Positions 55,848 through 63,952 of a DNA stretch of 64,000 nucleotides are shown piece by piece. How positions within the stretch are numbered: the first letter of the stretch is position 1; the number at the start of each line of letters is the position of its first letter. A program made the translations under genes and the position numbers. The stretch comes from a virus. Its lineage: Duplodnaviria > Caudoviricetes. The notes beneath the pieces were generated by a model, which had not been told where the DNA came from, searched no databases, and worked only from the letters and a program-made list of their open reading frames with translations. Location of the stretch: positions 8,275 to 72,274 of the IMG/VR virus record IMGVR_UViG_3300021958_011004. The stretch is one strand, 5' to 3'.

Positions 55848-56269
55848 TGTCCAGTACTCCCAAATCCACCTTCACCACGATCTGTTTCAGAAAGTTCATC
55901 AACCTCTTCAAACTCAATGAAAGGACGTGGCATAATAATTAATTGTGCAATTCTATCGCCTTTTTTGTAATGAGTTTCAGAAAAACCCTTGAATCCAAAC
56001 TTAACAATAACTTCTCCACGATAACCGGCATCAATTACACCAACACTATTTCGAAGATGATATCCTGTCTTTGAAATAGAAGACCGAGGAAAAAGCAAAC
56101 CAACATAACCTAATGGTATCTCAAATGCCAATCCAGTCTTAAACACAGTGTTACCAGCTGCATCTATTGTTGGGTCACTAACACAATGTAAATCTACACC
56201 AGCGTCATCTTGTTTTGCGTATGCTGGAATCACTGCGTTGCGATGTAACTTTTTAATTCTTACTTTCAA
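55844..56269 (-). CDS. dut: Trimeric dUTPase
   Basis: AGVDL, PRSS, GVIDAGYRGE, RIAQ, RGEGGFGSTG. Confidence 0.96.
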   Translation of the reverse strand: MKVRIKKLHRNAVIPAYAKQDDAGVDLHCVSDPTIDAAGNTVFKTGLAFEIPLGYVGLLFPRSSISKTGYHLRNSVGVIDAGYRGEVIVKFGFKGFSETHYKKGDRIAQLIIMPRPFIEFEEVDELSETDRGEGGFGSTGQ

Positions 56270-56279
56270 TTTTACCTCT

Positions 56280-57188
56280 TTAAATTATGTGTGCGGAGTT
56301 AATTACAAATTTCATTTTACAGAAATTTTTATCATTGTTCAGGTTAAATTTGTTAAAAACATCTCTTGCAAGACTCTTTAAAAAGTTTAAATCATAATAC
56401 AAAGTATCTTTAACATTTGAAGACCTTAAGAAGAACTGACAATCTAATCCATCTTCACGTATTAAAAAATGAGCTAATGAAATACACGTGTCATCTGTAT
56501 AGATAAAACGTCTTGAACTCAAAGACTCTTTTCTATTGTATTCATTATTACCTTCTAACTCATTGTCGAGTTTATCAAACAAACGTTTTCTAATGCCATC
56601 GTAATAATCAATTTCTTTATGATATGTTAGGTCAAGGTTATTAACATCAAGAAACCTACCATCATCATAATGAGTAAAATTAATACCAACACACTCAGCT
56701 GTGTCAGACTGTAGACAAATACTTTGAGTAGCTTTTTGAAGAACTTTAAAAGATTCATTTTCAAACCTGTCTAGCTGATCTGCTATACTTTTAACTATTT
56801 CTTCATCAACTTCTTTGCGAATAACCATTACGTTAGGATAACATTCAAACTCTTCAGCTGCTTCTTGAAACTTTTGGTAAACATATTCCAAGCTTTCAAG
56901 ATTCTGAATTTCATCACCTCGTTTTTCATACCTTTCTTTTATTACTTCCCAAGGAGGCAAAAGAAGAATTACAAAATTATTGAGGTTATAAAGTTCTTGT
57001 CTTAATAGTTCAACCGCACGAAAAGTATCACGACCATATTGCTGCGCATAAATCAACATTGAAATACCTGAACGGTCTCTAATGTTCCACTTATAACCCG
57101 TTTGTTTATGAAACTGATTATAAAATGTTGTTTTACCTGCTAGGTCCGGTCCTTCTAAGATAATGTAATTTATTCTATTTGAAATCAT
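56280..57188 (-). CDS. dNMP kinase fused to thymidylate-synthase/dCMP-hydroxymethylase-like domain
   Basis: ILEGPDLAGKTT + DRS (TMK fold); SSRRF, TCISLAHF, LRSSN, YYDL (TS fold). Confidence 0.7.
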   Translation of the reverse strand: MISNRINYIILEGPDLAGKTTFYNQFHKQTGYKWNIRDRSGISMLIYAQQYGRDTFRAVELLRQELYNLNNFVILLLPPWEVIKERYEKRGDEIQNLESLEYVYQKFQEAAEEFECYPNVMVIRKEVDEEIVKSIADQLDRFENESFKVLQKATQSICLQSDTAECVGINFTHYDDGRFLDVNNLDLTYHKEIDYYDGIRKRLFDKLDNELEGNNEYNRKESLSSRRFIYTDDTCISLAHFLIREDGLDCQFFLRSSNVKDTLYYDLNFLKSLARDVFNKFNLNNDKNFCKMKFVINSAHII

Positions 57189-57199
57189 TTTAACCTCTA

Positions 57200-58258
57200 C
57201 TACACAACAAGTGGACGAATCTTTCTAGAACTAGTGCTTGGACCCCAGTTTTTATCTGCTGAAACTTCGGCAAGCCAAATTGTAAACTTTTCCATTCCAT
57301 CAGGTAGTTCACCCCAAACACGCAACCAACCTGAATTACTTTCATTGTCAACAATTTTGATACGATAGAATATCTTTTTATTTCTTGTCGTTTTTCTAAT
57401 AAAGTCAACAGCACAAAACCATGCAATTTGTTTAGCACCGGGAGCTAATTGTAAAACAGATTTAACATTAGAATTTCTAATCTTTTGCATCAAACCTGAA
57501 GGAAAGGCAATGTCATCACGAATTGTTGAACATAACTCTTGATACATTTCAAGTTTATCAACACGAGACCAATCATCAATATCTTTTGACTCATCAATCA
57601 AAACAGGCAAGATTAAAGGAGCACCTTCTTTCTTTGCTTTTCTTTCAGACATTCCATAATGACCTTTTCGCAATGTGTTGTAATTACCCACAATAATCTC
57701 ATATGCCTGTTTGTGATTTCGAATAGAACCATCAATAAACTCATCAAGTGAATCCAAAGCCTCAATCTTACAAAGAGAAGTGAATCCAGTCTTGTTAAGT
57801 TTTGAATGTTTCCATTTACCACCTTCATCAAATAACAAATCTGACATTGCTTTATAGGGTCTATATTGAACAATTTCTTCAACAGCCTTGTCACCTAAAC
57901 CCTTAATTGAAGTTAAAGGCGGCACAAAAGCATTACGCTTTTCCGACCATGACCATTCGTAACCAGAATAGTTGATATCAGGTGGGGCAATATCGTAGTC
58001 CATTGCTTTGATTTCTGAAATAGCTTTTGTTAGAGCTTTTGGGTTATTGTTTTCTGATTGTAGAACTGTGGCTAACCAGTCTGTTTCGTAATAGGTGTGC
58101 AACCAAGCTGCATAATAAGAATCAATAGCATAAGCAACAGCATGGGAATTTGATGATAACATCCCATTTGACAAAAAGTATTGATGATCTTTATGTTCGA
58201 CTTCTAAGTCATAAGTTTCTTGCATTCCTTTAAATTCTATGCTTTTGATTTTTGGCAT
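57200..58258 (-). CDS. dnaE: DNA polymerase III alpha, C-terminal part (IntC + C-extein)
   Basis: 37-aa IntC ending SSN then SHAVAYA; HhH IKGLGDKAVEEI; OB-fold tail; AGGAG RBS. Confidence 0.92.
   Translation of the reverse strand: MPKIKSIEFKGMQETYDLEVEHKDHQYFLSNGMLSSNSHAVAYAIDSYYAAWLHTYYETDWLATVLQSENNNPKALTKAISEIKAMDYDIAPPDINYSGYEWSWSEKRNAFVPPLTSIKGLGDKAVEEIVQYRPYKAMSDLLFDEGGKWKHSKLNKTGFTSLCKIEALDSLDEFIDGSIRNHKQAYEIIVGNYNTLRKGHYGMSERKAKKEGAPLILPVLIDESKDIDDWSRVDKLEMYQELCSTIRDDIAFPSGLMQKIRNSNVKSVLQLAPGAKQIAWFCAVDFIRKTTRNKKIFYRIKIVDNESNSGWLRVWGELPDGMEKFTIWLAEVSADKNWGPSTSSRKIRPLVV
58148..58258 (-). mobile_element. Split intein C-fragment (37 aa)
   Basis: MPKIKSIEFKGMQETYDLEVEHKDHQYFLSNGMLSSN; block F D, terminal Asn, +1 Ser. 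Confidence 0.9.
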
Positions 58259-58281
58259 TGATTCTCCTAGTTTTATTTTAT

Positions 58282-58310
58282 ATTATACAGTCTAATCTTT
58301 GTTATTGCAT
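58282..58310 (-). promoter_or_regulatory. Promoter ATGCAA-N17-TATAAT for dnaE-C
   Basis: Class consensus; -35 lies in last codons of endonuclease gene. Confidence 0.7.
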
Positions 58311-59281
58311 GTGTAAGAAGTGCCTATTAAAAACAAACCTCTTTCTTTGTTGTCAATTAAATTGAATATTCTTTTTATTGAATCTTCACTAAACACCCCA
58401 CCTGAATTATAAGAATATTGATCATGAGCAACACGAATAACTGTCCAGCCCTCATCTACCATGACAAAATTTAATTCATTATCTTTTTTAATATTCTTTT
58501 TTAATGCTTCAACACCATGAATGTTATTAAAGTGATGAACACCGTCAAACTCAACAATTATTTTATTTTCAAGCGACATGATGTCTATTTGTCTTTTTCC
58601 TGACTTTGTTGTCTTAAATTTGTTAACACGTCGTAACTGTTGATTTCTTTTAAAAAAAGAATACTTTTTATTTAAGATTTCAAATAATTGTGTTTCTGGT
58701 TTTGATTTCCAAGAGTTAATCATTACACTTGTGCATTTGTTGTAAAACTCTTCAGGATTGTTTTCTCTCCACTCTTTTAATTGTCTTGAGCGTTTTTCTA
58801 AAATTTCTTTTCTGGCTGAAGTCTGCTTGGCAGTCTTTGAAGATTTCTCTCTAAACTCTTTTGTCTTGTTTAATCTGGTTAAGTTTTCTCTTCTTGCTGC
58901 TCTAGCACTCTCTGAGTTCATTATTCCTTCTGAAGTTTTTTTACCTAATTTTTCTCGCCACTCTTTTAAATCATTGCCCTTTTCTTTTTCTCTTTTTATC
59001 CAGTCGTAGTTTTGTGTTTCAGAATATCTTTTTTTTGAAGATTGACAAATTGTCGGACCAAATTTTTTCTCATATTCAGACTTTGAAATATTGTGTGATT
59101 TAATATGTGATGTAATTGACTTACCAATCACACCACACACTTTACATTCAACATAATCAATATTTTCAATAGCGCTTTCTTTCCACTTTAAACACTTCTT
59201 TTGATGATTTGTTAAGCTGCTTCTTCTTTCATACTTTCGGCCACAGCTACAATCGAAAGATCTTCTTGTAATATCACCCAT
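58292..59281 (-). CDS. Free-standing Vsr/DUF559-like homing endonuclease
   Basis: N-terminal Zn fingers; SKPE, IDI....KIIVEFDGVHHF, D..LN...GWTVIRV; GGAGG RBS within dnaE-N. Confidence 0.85.
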   Translation of the reverse strand: MGDITRRSFDCSCGRKYERRSSLTNHQKKCLKWKESAIENIDYVECKVCGVIGKSITSHIKSHNISKSEYEKKFGPTICQSSKKRYSETQNYDWIKREKEKGNDLKEWREKLGKKTSEGIMNSESARAARRENLTRLNKTKEFREKSSKTAKQTSARKEILEKRSRQLKEWRENNPEEFYNKCTSVMINSWKSKPETQLFEILNKKYSFFKRNQQLRRVNKFKTTKSGKRQIDIMSLENKIIVEFDGVHHFNNIHGVEALKKNIKKDNELNFVMVDEGWTVIRVAHDQYSYNSGGVFSEDSIKRIFNLIDNKERGLFLIGTSYTCNNKD

Positions 59282-59541
59282 AACGGTAGCATCCTCCCAT
59301 CTTCTACTCTAAATTTGTGATGCATGGTACATGTTACCGACTGACCGTCATCTAATGTAATCTCAAAAGTTGGAATCTTACCATGATAATGATTTGACAT
59401 TACCTTTGTATAGATTTCTTCTTTTGTTTCTTCATCACGAGAACGAACATAAGAACCAGGAATTACATTTTGAATCTGTTCAGTGCAAATAAAATCACCC
59501 TGCTTATTATATATATCGACCTCAGTATCAAATGTACAGGA
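59212..59541 (-). mobile_element. Split intein N-fragment (109 aa, starts with Ser)
   Basis: SCTFDTEV (block A), VTCTMHHKF (block B TxxH), LPL. Confidence 0.88.
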
Positions 59542-62121
59542 TTTATTAAACCCGTATGCAGAAAAGAATTCAATTCTTTCCCACAACTCAGTGCTCACAC
59601 TTTCAGGAACACCGTTTAGTTCTTTTGCACCTTGAATGAACTTACGTCTAGCCACAGCCCGTTCACCCTCTTTAGCATCATTTGCATCCAAAGATTTCTT
59701 AACCAAAGTCTTTCTAAGTTTATCAGACTCACCTGGTGAGAATCCAGAAAGCTTCTGTGCCAAAAGCATGAACTGTTCTTGGAATGTAACGTGACCAAAT
59801 GTTGGGCCTAAGATTTCTTCAATCACAGGATGCGGATATTTAACATTTGATGAATCCGCTTTGTCCTTGATATACTTTTTATGTACGTTGGCTCGTAATG
59901 GTCCAGGGCGGTATATCGCTGTAATAGCACCTAATTCTTCAATGTTTGTTGGTTTTGCATCCTCACAGAAGTTTCGAGCACCTTCCGCAGTGAATTGAAA
60001 GATACCAACCTTTCGCCTTTGATGATATACATGTTGCCAGACTTCTTGATCACTTTGTTCAATGTATCGACAATTAAGATGCTCATCAAAGAAAGCACGA
60101 ACATCAGAGAAAGGTATTTCTTCAATTGCACAATTCAGGGCTTTCTTTTTTCTAATAATACGTCTAATGCAGTTTTCAACATCTTTCATTAGCGTCAAAC
60201 CTAAGAAGTCAAACTTAACAAAACCATTATCTTCAAGATTTCTAAAGTTCATACCTTCAGACCATGGTGTTTGTAGGTCACCCCTAACACCAATAATTGG
60301 CATTGATTGTTCCAAGACATCAGGAGGACCAATAATAACACCGCCAGCATGACGACCAATAGAACGATTTTGCATAAATAGAGCTTCAATGTGTTCTTTT
60401 ACTTTGGGATACTTTTCCATGAATTCACGATAAGTCTTGGAATGTTCCATACAATCTTCATGTTTCAGAACAAAGACAGACTTTTCTGTGTTTTCATCAC
60501 GAGCAAGAGACATTACTTCATCTTGCAATGGGCCAGTCATTTTATTAACTTCAGCAAAGTCAACACCGTAAAACTTAGCAATATCTTTAACTAGTGACTT
60601 AAGCTTAAGTGTATTAAAGTTGGAAACTGGAATAACAGCATGGTCACCGAATAATTCACGTGCAGCATTAATCAATGCATCACGGTCACCGGCATCAGAA
60701 TCAATATCGGGAAACCCGGTACGATGACGACCTAGGAATCTTTCCCACAGCAAATTGTATTTCAGCGGGTCCATTTGTGTAATCCCTAACAAGAAATTAA
60801 CCAAACTTCCCCCTCCACTTCCGCGAGCAGCGCCGAATAAGGTGTGGTCAGCAGCCTTGTGGAAAACCTCGTACATTACAAGGAAATAGTTTTCAAAACC
60901 AAGATACTTAATATCTGATAATTCATGCTTAGCACGTTCAACATATTCAGGCTTTGTATGATAACCTTCACGAACAAGTGCTTCTTTTACCTTGTCTGCT
61001 AATTGCTCAAAGGCTGTTTTTTCCTTTGTGTTGTAATCTGGTAGTTTAACCTTAGTGTCAATCCAGCAGTCTTCATATTTATCCCACACAAGGTCGTGTG
61101 TTCTTTCAATTGAATCTTTTACAGCTTGTTCATAACCTTCATAAGAATCTTTGTATTCATCATAGTGACGTGTGAATTCACCCCACATCTGTTCAGCATT
61201 CTTAGGATACAATTCACACTTAAGTTCATCAAAATCAGGCAAAGGAGACGGATCATTACCCATCCAGCCAAGCTTCTTGTATAATTCACGTGCTTCCCAC
61301 TTGTCAGGAGAATAGTAGTGTGAATCTGCTGTTGAAATAAGCTTGATTCCTGTTTGGTCAGCATGACGTAACAAGTGATGATTTACAAGATGTTGTTGCT
61401 TAAGCCGATTAAATTGCAATTCCAAGAAGAAATTTTCTTCACCAACAGCATCAACAAACTTATCTGTTAAGTTGTGAAGCTCACGCTGAATATCTTCATC
61501 AGAGAGTTTAAGAGCATTACCACGCATAATTCTGTTTGAATACACACCGCCTAAACATGCAGTTGAAACTGTTAAGCCTTCATTATAACGCTTAAGCAAG
61601 TCAAAATCAATACGTGGATATCGATAAAAACCTTCTGTATAAGCACGTTTAATTAGCGTAAACAGATTTGCCAGACCAATCCTGTTTTGCGCTGTTATAA
61701 CCAAGTGGTAACGACGCTTCCATTCGTTTGTGTCCAAAGTGAAAGTTTTAGTTTCATCTTCGTTTTCAATTACGTGACCGCCTTCTTCATCTTCTTTAAT
61801 AGCAGCTTGCTTGTTTTTCTTTCTTGCTTCTTTTGCTGCTTCATAATCTTTCTTCCATTGTGAAAGTGAAGGTACAAAATAGAATTCACAGCCGTAGACT
61901 TGACGATATTTCTTGCCCGACTTTTTAACCTTTTCAGAATATTTCCTTGCGTGTGCCAGACCAGAACCATTTCCGTGGTCTGTGATTGCCCAAGCATCCA
62001 TTCCGTTTTCTAAAACAAAGTCAATATGATTTGATGGGTAACCTAATCCGTCAAAAACACTGAATCCTGTGTGGCAGTGCAACCCAACAAAGCGTGTAGG
62101 TGGTGGTAGTAAAACGCTCAT
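59212..62121 (-). CDS. dnaE: DNA polymerase III alpha, N-terminal part (PHP + Pol + IntN)
   Basis: LHCHT.FS, ITDHG, TADSHY, RGSGGGS, PDIDSD, KFDFLGL, YGFNK then intein. Confidence 0.95.
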   Translation of the reverse strand: MSVLLPPPTRFVGLHCHTGFSVFDGLGYPSNHIDFVLENGMDAWAITDHGNGSGLAHARKYSEKVKKSGKKYRQVYGCEFYFVPSLSQWKKDYEAAKEARKKNKQAAIKEDEEGGHVIENEDETKTFTLDTNEWKRRYHLVITAQNRIGLANLFTLIKRAYTEGFYRYPRIDFDLLKRYNEGLTVSTACLGGVYSNRIMRGNALKLSDEDIQRELHNLTDKFVDAVGEENFFLELQFNRLKQQHLVNHHLLRHADQTGIKLISTADSHYYSPDKWEARELYKKLGWMGNDPSPLPDFDELKCELYPKNAEQMWGEFTRHYDEYKDSYEGYEQAVKDSIERTHDLVWDKYEDCWIDTKVKLPDYNTKEKTAFEQLADKVKEALVREGYHTKPEYVERAKHELSDIKYLGFENYFLVMYEVFHKAADHTLFGAARGSGGGSLVNFLLGITQMDPLKYNLLWERFLGRHRTGFPDIDSDAGDRDALINAARELFGDHAVIPVSNFNTLKLKSLVKDIAKFYGVDFAEVNKMTGPLQDEVMSLARDENTEKSVFVLKHEDCMEHSKTYREFMEKYPKVKEHIEALFMQNRSIGRHAGGVIIGPPDVLEQSMPIIGVRGDLQTPWSEGMNFRNLEDNGFVKFDFLGLTLMKDVENCIRRIIRKKKALNCAIEEIPFSDVRAFFDEHLNCRYIEQSDQEVWQHVYHQRRKVGIFQFTAEGARNFCEDAKPTNIEELGAITAIYRPGPLRANVHKKYIKDKADSSNVKYPHPVIEEILGPTFGHVTFQEQFMLLAQKLSGFSPGESDKLRKTLVKKSLDANDAKEGERAVARRKFIQGAKELNGVPESVSTELWERIEFFSAYGFNKSCTFDTEVDIYNKQGDFICTEQIQNVIPGSYVRSRDEETKEEIYTKVMSNHYHGKIPTFEITLDDGQSVTCTMHHKFRVEDGRMLPLWVILQEDLSIVAVAESMKEEAA

Positions 62122-62135
62122 GTTTCTCCTTAAAT

Positions 62136-62171
62136 AAAAAATGTCCTGATTATATTATAACAACCAGGACA
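62136..62171 (-). terminator. Hairpin/terminator enclosing the dnaE -10 element
   Basis: TGTCCTG...CAGGACA followed by T run on minus strand; loop contains TATAAT. Confidence 0.5.
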
Positions 62172-62182
62172 CCAAATTACAT
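62154..62182 (-). promoter_or_regulatory. Promoter ATGTAA-N17-TATAAT for dnaE-N
   Basis: Class consensus preceded by TGTAAAAC. Confidence 0.72.
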
Positions 62183-62200
62183 GTTTTACAAAATTGCTAT

Positions 62201-62650
62201 TTATTCAATTTCACCCTGATATCGTTCAGTAATCAAATAACCTTCAGACACACACCGGCCAAGATAGTCATCAAGTTCTGTCAACGATCGACATACCTTA
62301 ATACCACTTGCTGCAAGCATCAGGTTAAACTGAGCACCTGCAGGTAAACCATCGCAGAAATAAACAATCGGCTTTTCTAAGCAATTGAAATATCCTGCTT
62401 CAAAGATTGTTCCCATATCTTTGTTTCGAGTATTGCAAAGCAACCATTCAGATTCATGCAGATGTTTAATGTTTCCTGCAAAGATTTGGTCCTGAACAGA
62501 ATCAGAAGCATCATTGTCACATAGATTCTCATCTTTTGGTGAGAAATAAGTGATTCCGTGCTTTTCAAAAACAGTTTTAATGTTTTCTACTTCTTGCAAC
62601 CATTCTGGGTTAAACCATCCACTTGCCAAATAAACTTTTCCTAAACTCAT
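62201..62650 (-). CDS. Nucleoside 2-deoxyribosyltransferase / dNMP N-glycosidase family
   Basis: VYLASGWF, FSP, DMGTIFEAGY, NLML. Confidence 0.85.
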   Translation of the reverse strand: MSLGKVYLASGWFNPEWLQEVENIKTVFEKHGITYFSPKDENLCDNDASDSVQDQIFAGNIKHLHESEWLLCNTRNKDMGTIFEAGYFNCLEKPIVYFCDGLPAGAQFNLMLAASGIKVCRSLTELDDYLGRCVSEGYLITERYQGEIE

Positions 62651-62654
62651 ATCT

Positions 62655-63641
62655 TTATTCCCTTCCCATAAAATTGTTGTATTGTGTTGTTAGTTCGTTG
62701 ATTTCATTTAATGTCTCTTCCCAGAGTTGTGTAAAAACAGTTGGAGTACCTGGGTTATTTGTTCCATTGATATCTTCACGTCGTGCTTGATAAATCGAAT
62801 CATCAGGATGATATTCAAACAGATCGTTCTTAGGTTCTGGCCAGTACAGGTTTGTACCACGCGAAGTGAAGCCACCTTTACCATCAGGTACGCGGAAAGT
62901 TTTCACATAATGCATATCTGATTTATTAAAGTTAATTCGTGATGAAGCCTCAGGCAAGACTTTGATAACTTCACGTGCCATATAAGCAGCCAAAAGATTA
63001 TCAGCAGCAGGTTGAATTTGCATATCTTGTCGTTGTGCAATAAAACCTAACAAGTCTTTAAGATTAAGACGCATCAGATAGAAAGAAGTCATACATTTTG
63101 GAAGAATCATTCGAGCATCCATCATAGATACAGCTTTTGAATCTGTCATTTCTGCATAGAGTTGCTTTGATTCTTTTACAAGTTGCAGCCATCGTTCATA
63201 GAATTCTGGACTATTTTGAACAGCCTCAGGAACAACAGCAGGGTCATCACGCAAGTCACGGTCACCTGTACATTGTGCAGCAAAAGAACCGGCACGATGA
63301 CGAATGATATGAGTGACTTCTTGAAAAGAAAGACCGCTAAGTTTGAATGTAAAACCAAGACATTCCATTGGAGTTGGTAGAGCTCGGAAATTAAGTACAT
63401 CTTCTAGATTTGAAGAGAGTTCTTGTAGAGGAACAGTGCTGGGTAGCGTTTCATCATGGTGGTCAGCCCAAGTTGCTTTAACATATTGCCATGCAACATT
63501 TAGAGCTTGTGACCGTGTTGGTGCATCTACTAGCTCAACCTTTAGTGCTTTAAGATTATTGTAGAAAGTTGTGTTTGGTTCTTGACCGAACTTAAGTTCC
63601 ATTGGAAGATTGACCGGAGTCAGATTGGGATTTTGTGGCAT
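62655..63641 (-). CDS. Divergent ThyX-fold flavoprotein (second paralog)
   Basis: FTFKLSGLS, RHRAGSFAAQCTGDR, DARMILP, LKDLLGFIAQR..Q; extra C-terminal region. Confidence 0.75.
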   Translation of the reverse strand: MPQNPNLTPVNLPMELKFGQEPNTTFYNNLKALKVELVDAPTRSQALNVAWQYVKATWADHHDETLPSTVPLQELSSNLEDVLNFRALPTPMECLGFTFKLSGLSFQEVTHIIRHRAGSFAAQCTGDRDLRDDPAVVPEAVQNSPEFYERWLQLVKESKQLYAEMTDSKAVSMMDARMILPKCMTSFYLMRLNLKDLLGFIAQRQDMQIQPAADNLLAAYMAREVIKVLPEASSRINFNKSDMHYVKTFRVPDGKGGFTSRGTNLYWPEPKNDLFEYHPDDSIYQARREDINGTNNPGTPTVFTQLWEETLNEINELTTQYNNFMGRE

Positions 63642-63671
63642 GTTTTATTACCTCCTGCCTGTGTACAAAAT

Positions 63672-63699
63672 AAAAGATACCATAAAGGTATCTTTTTTT
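63672..63699. terminator. Intrinsic terminator
   Basis: AAAAGATACC-ATAAA-GGTATCTTTT hairpin. Confidence 0.7.
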
Positions 63700-63724
63700 A
63701 CATGTGTGACAAATTTAAATTTGT

Positions 63725-63952
63725 TTATTTTATTTCATTAACAGAATTACTAATTTCCTGATCAAAGTCCATTCGAAGTCTGATTAGTGGATTAAAAACA
63801 GCAACTTCTCTTTCTGTGATTAAATGACCTTCAGGTTTGACAAGTTGTCCTTCTACGTCAACAGCTTCAAAGTCGATTTCAGTTTTTTGTTTATATACCA
63901 CTTCAAGTTCTTCTGCGTGTGAAAGTGAAGTTAATAGAATTAAGTTTATCAT
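63725..63952 (-). CDS. GltF/CglF-like gliding-motility protein
   Basis: Signal peptide then VVYKQKTEIDFEAVDVEGQLVKPEG...FNPLIRLRMDF..EI..SV. Confidence 0.7.
   Translation of the reverse strand: MINLILLTSLSHAEELEVVYKQKTEIDFEAVDVEGQLVKPEGHLITEREVAVFNPLIRLRMDFDQEISNSVNEIK

Noticed and set aside
57200-62121. dnaE as frameshifted pseudogene
   Set aside because: Intein blocks at both junctions, separate RBS/promoter for the C part and exact restoration of FNKSH
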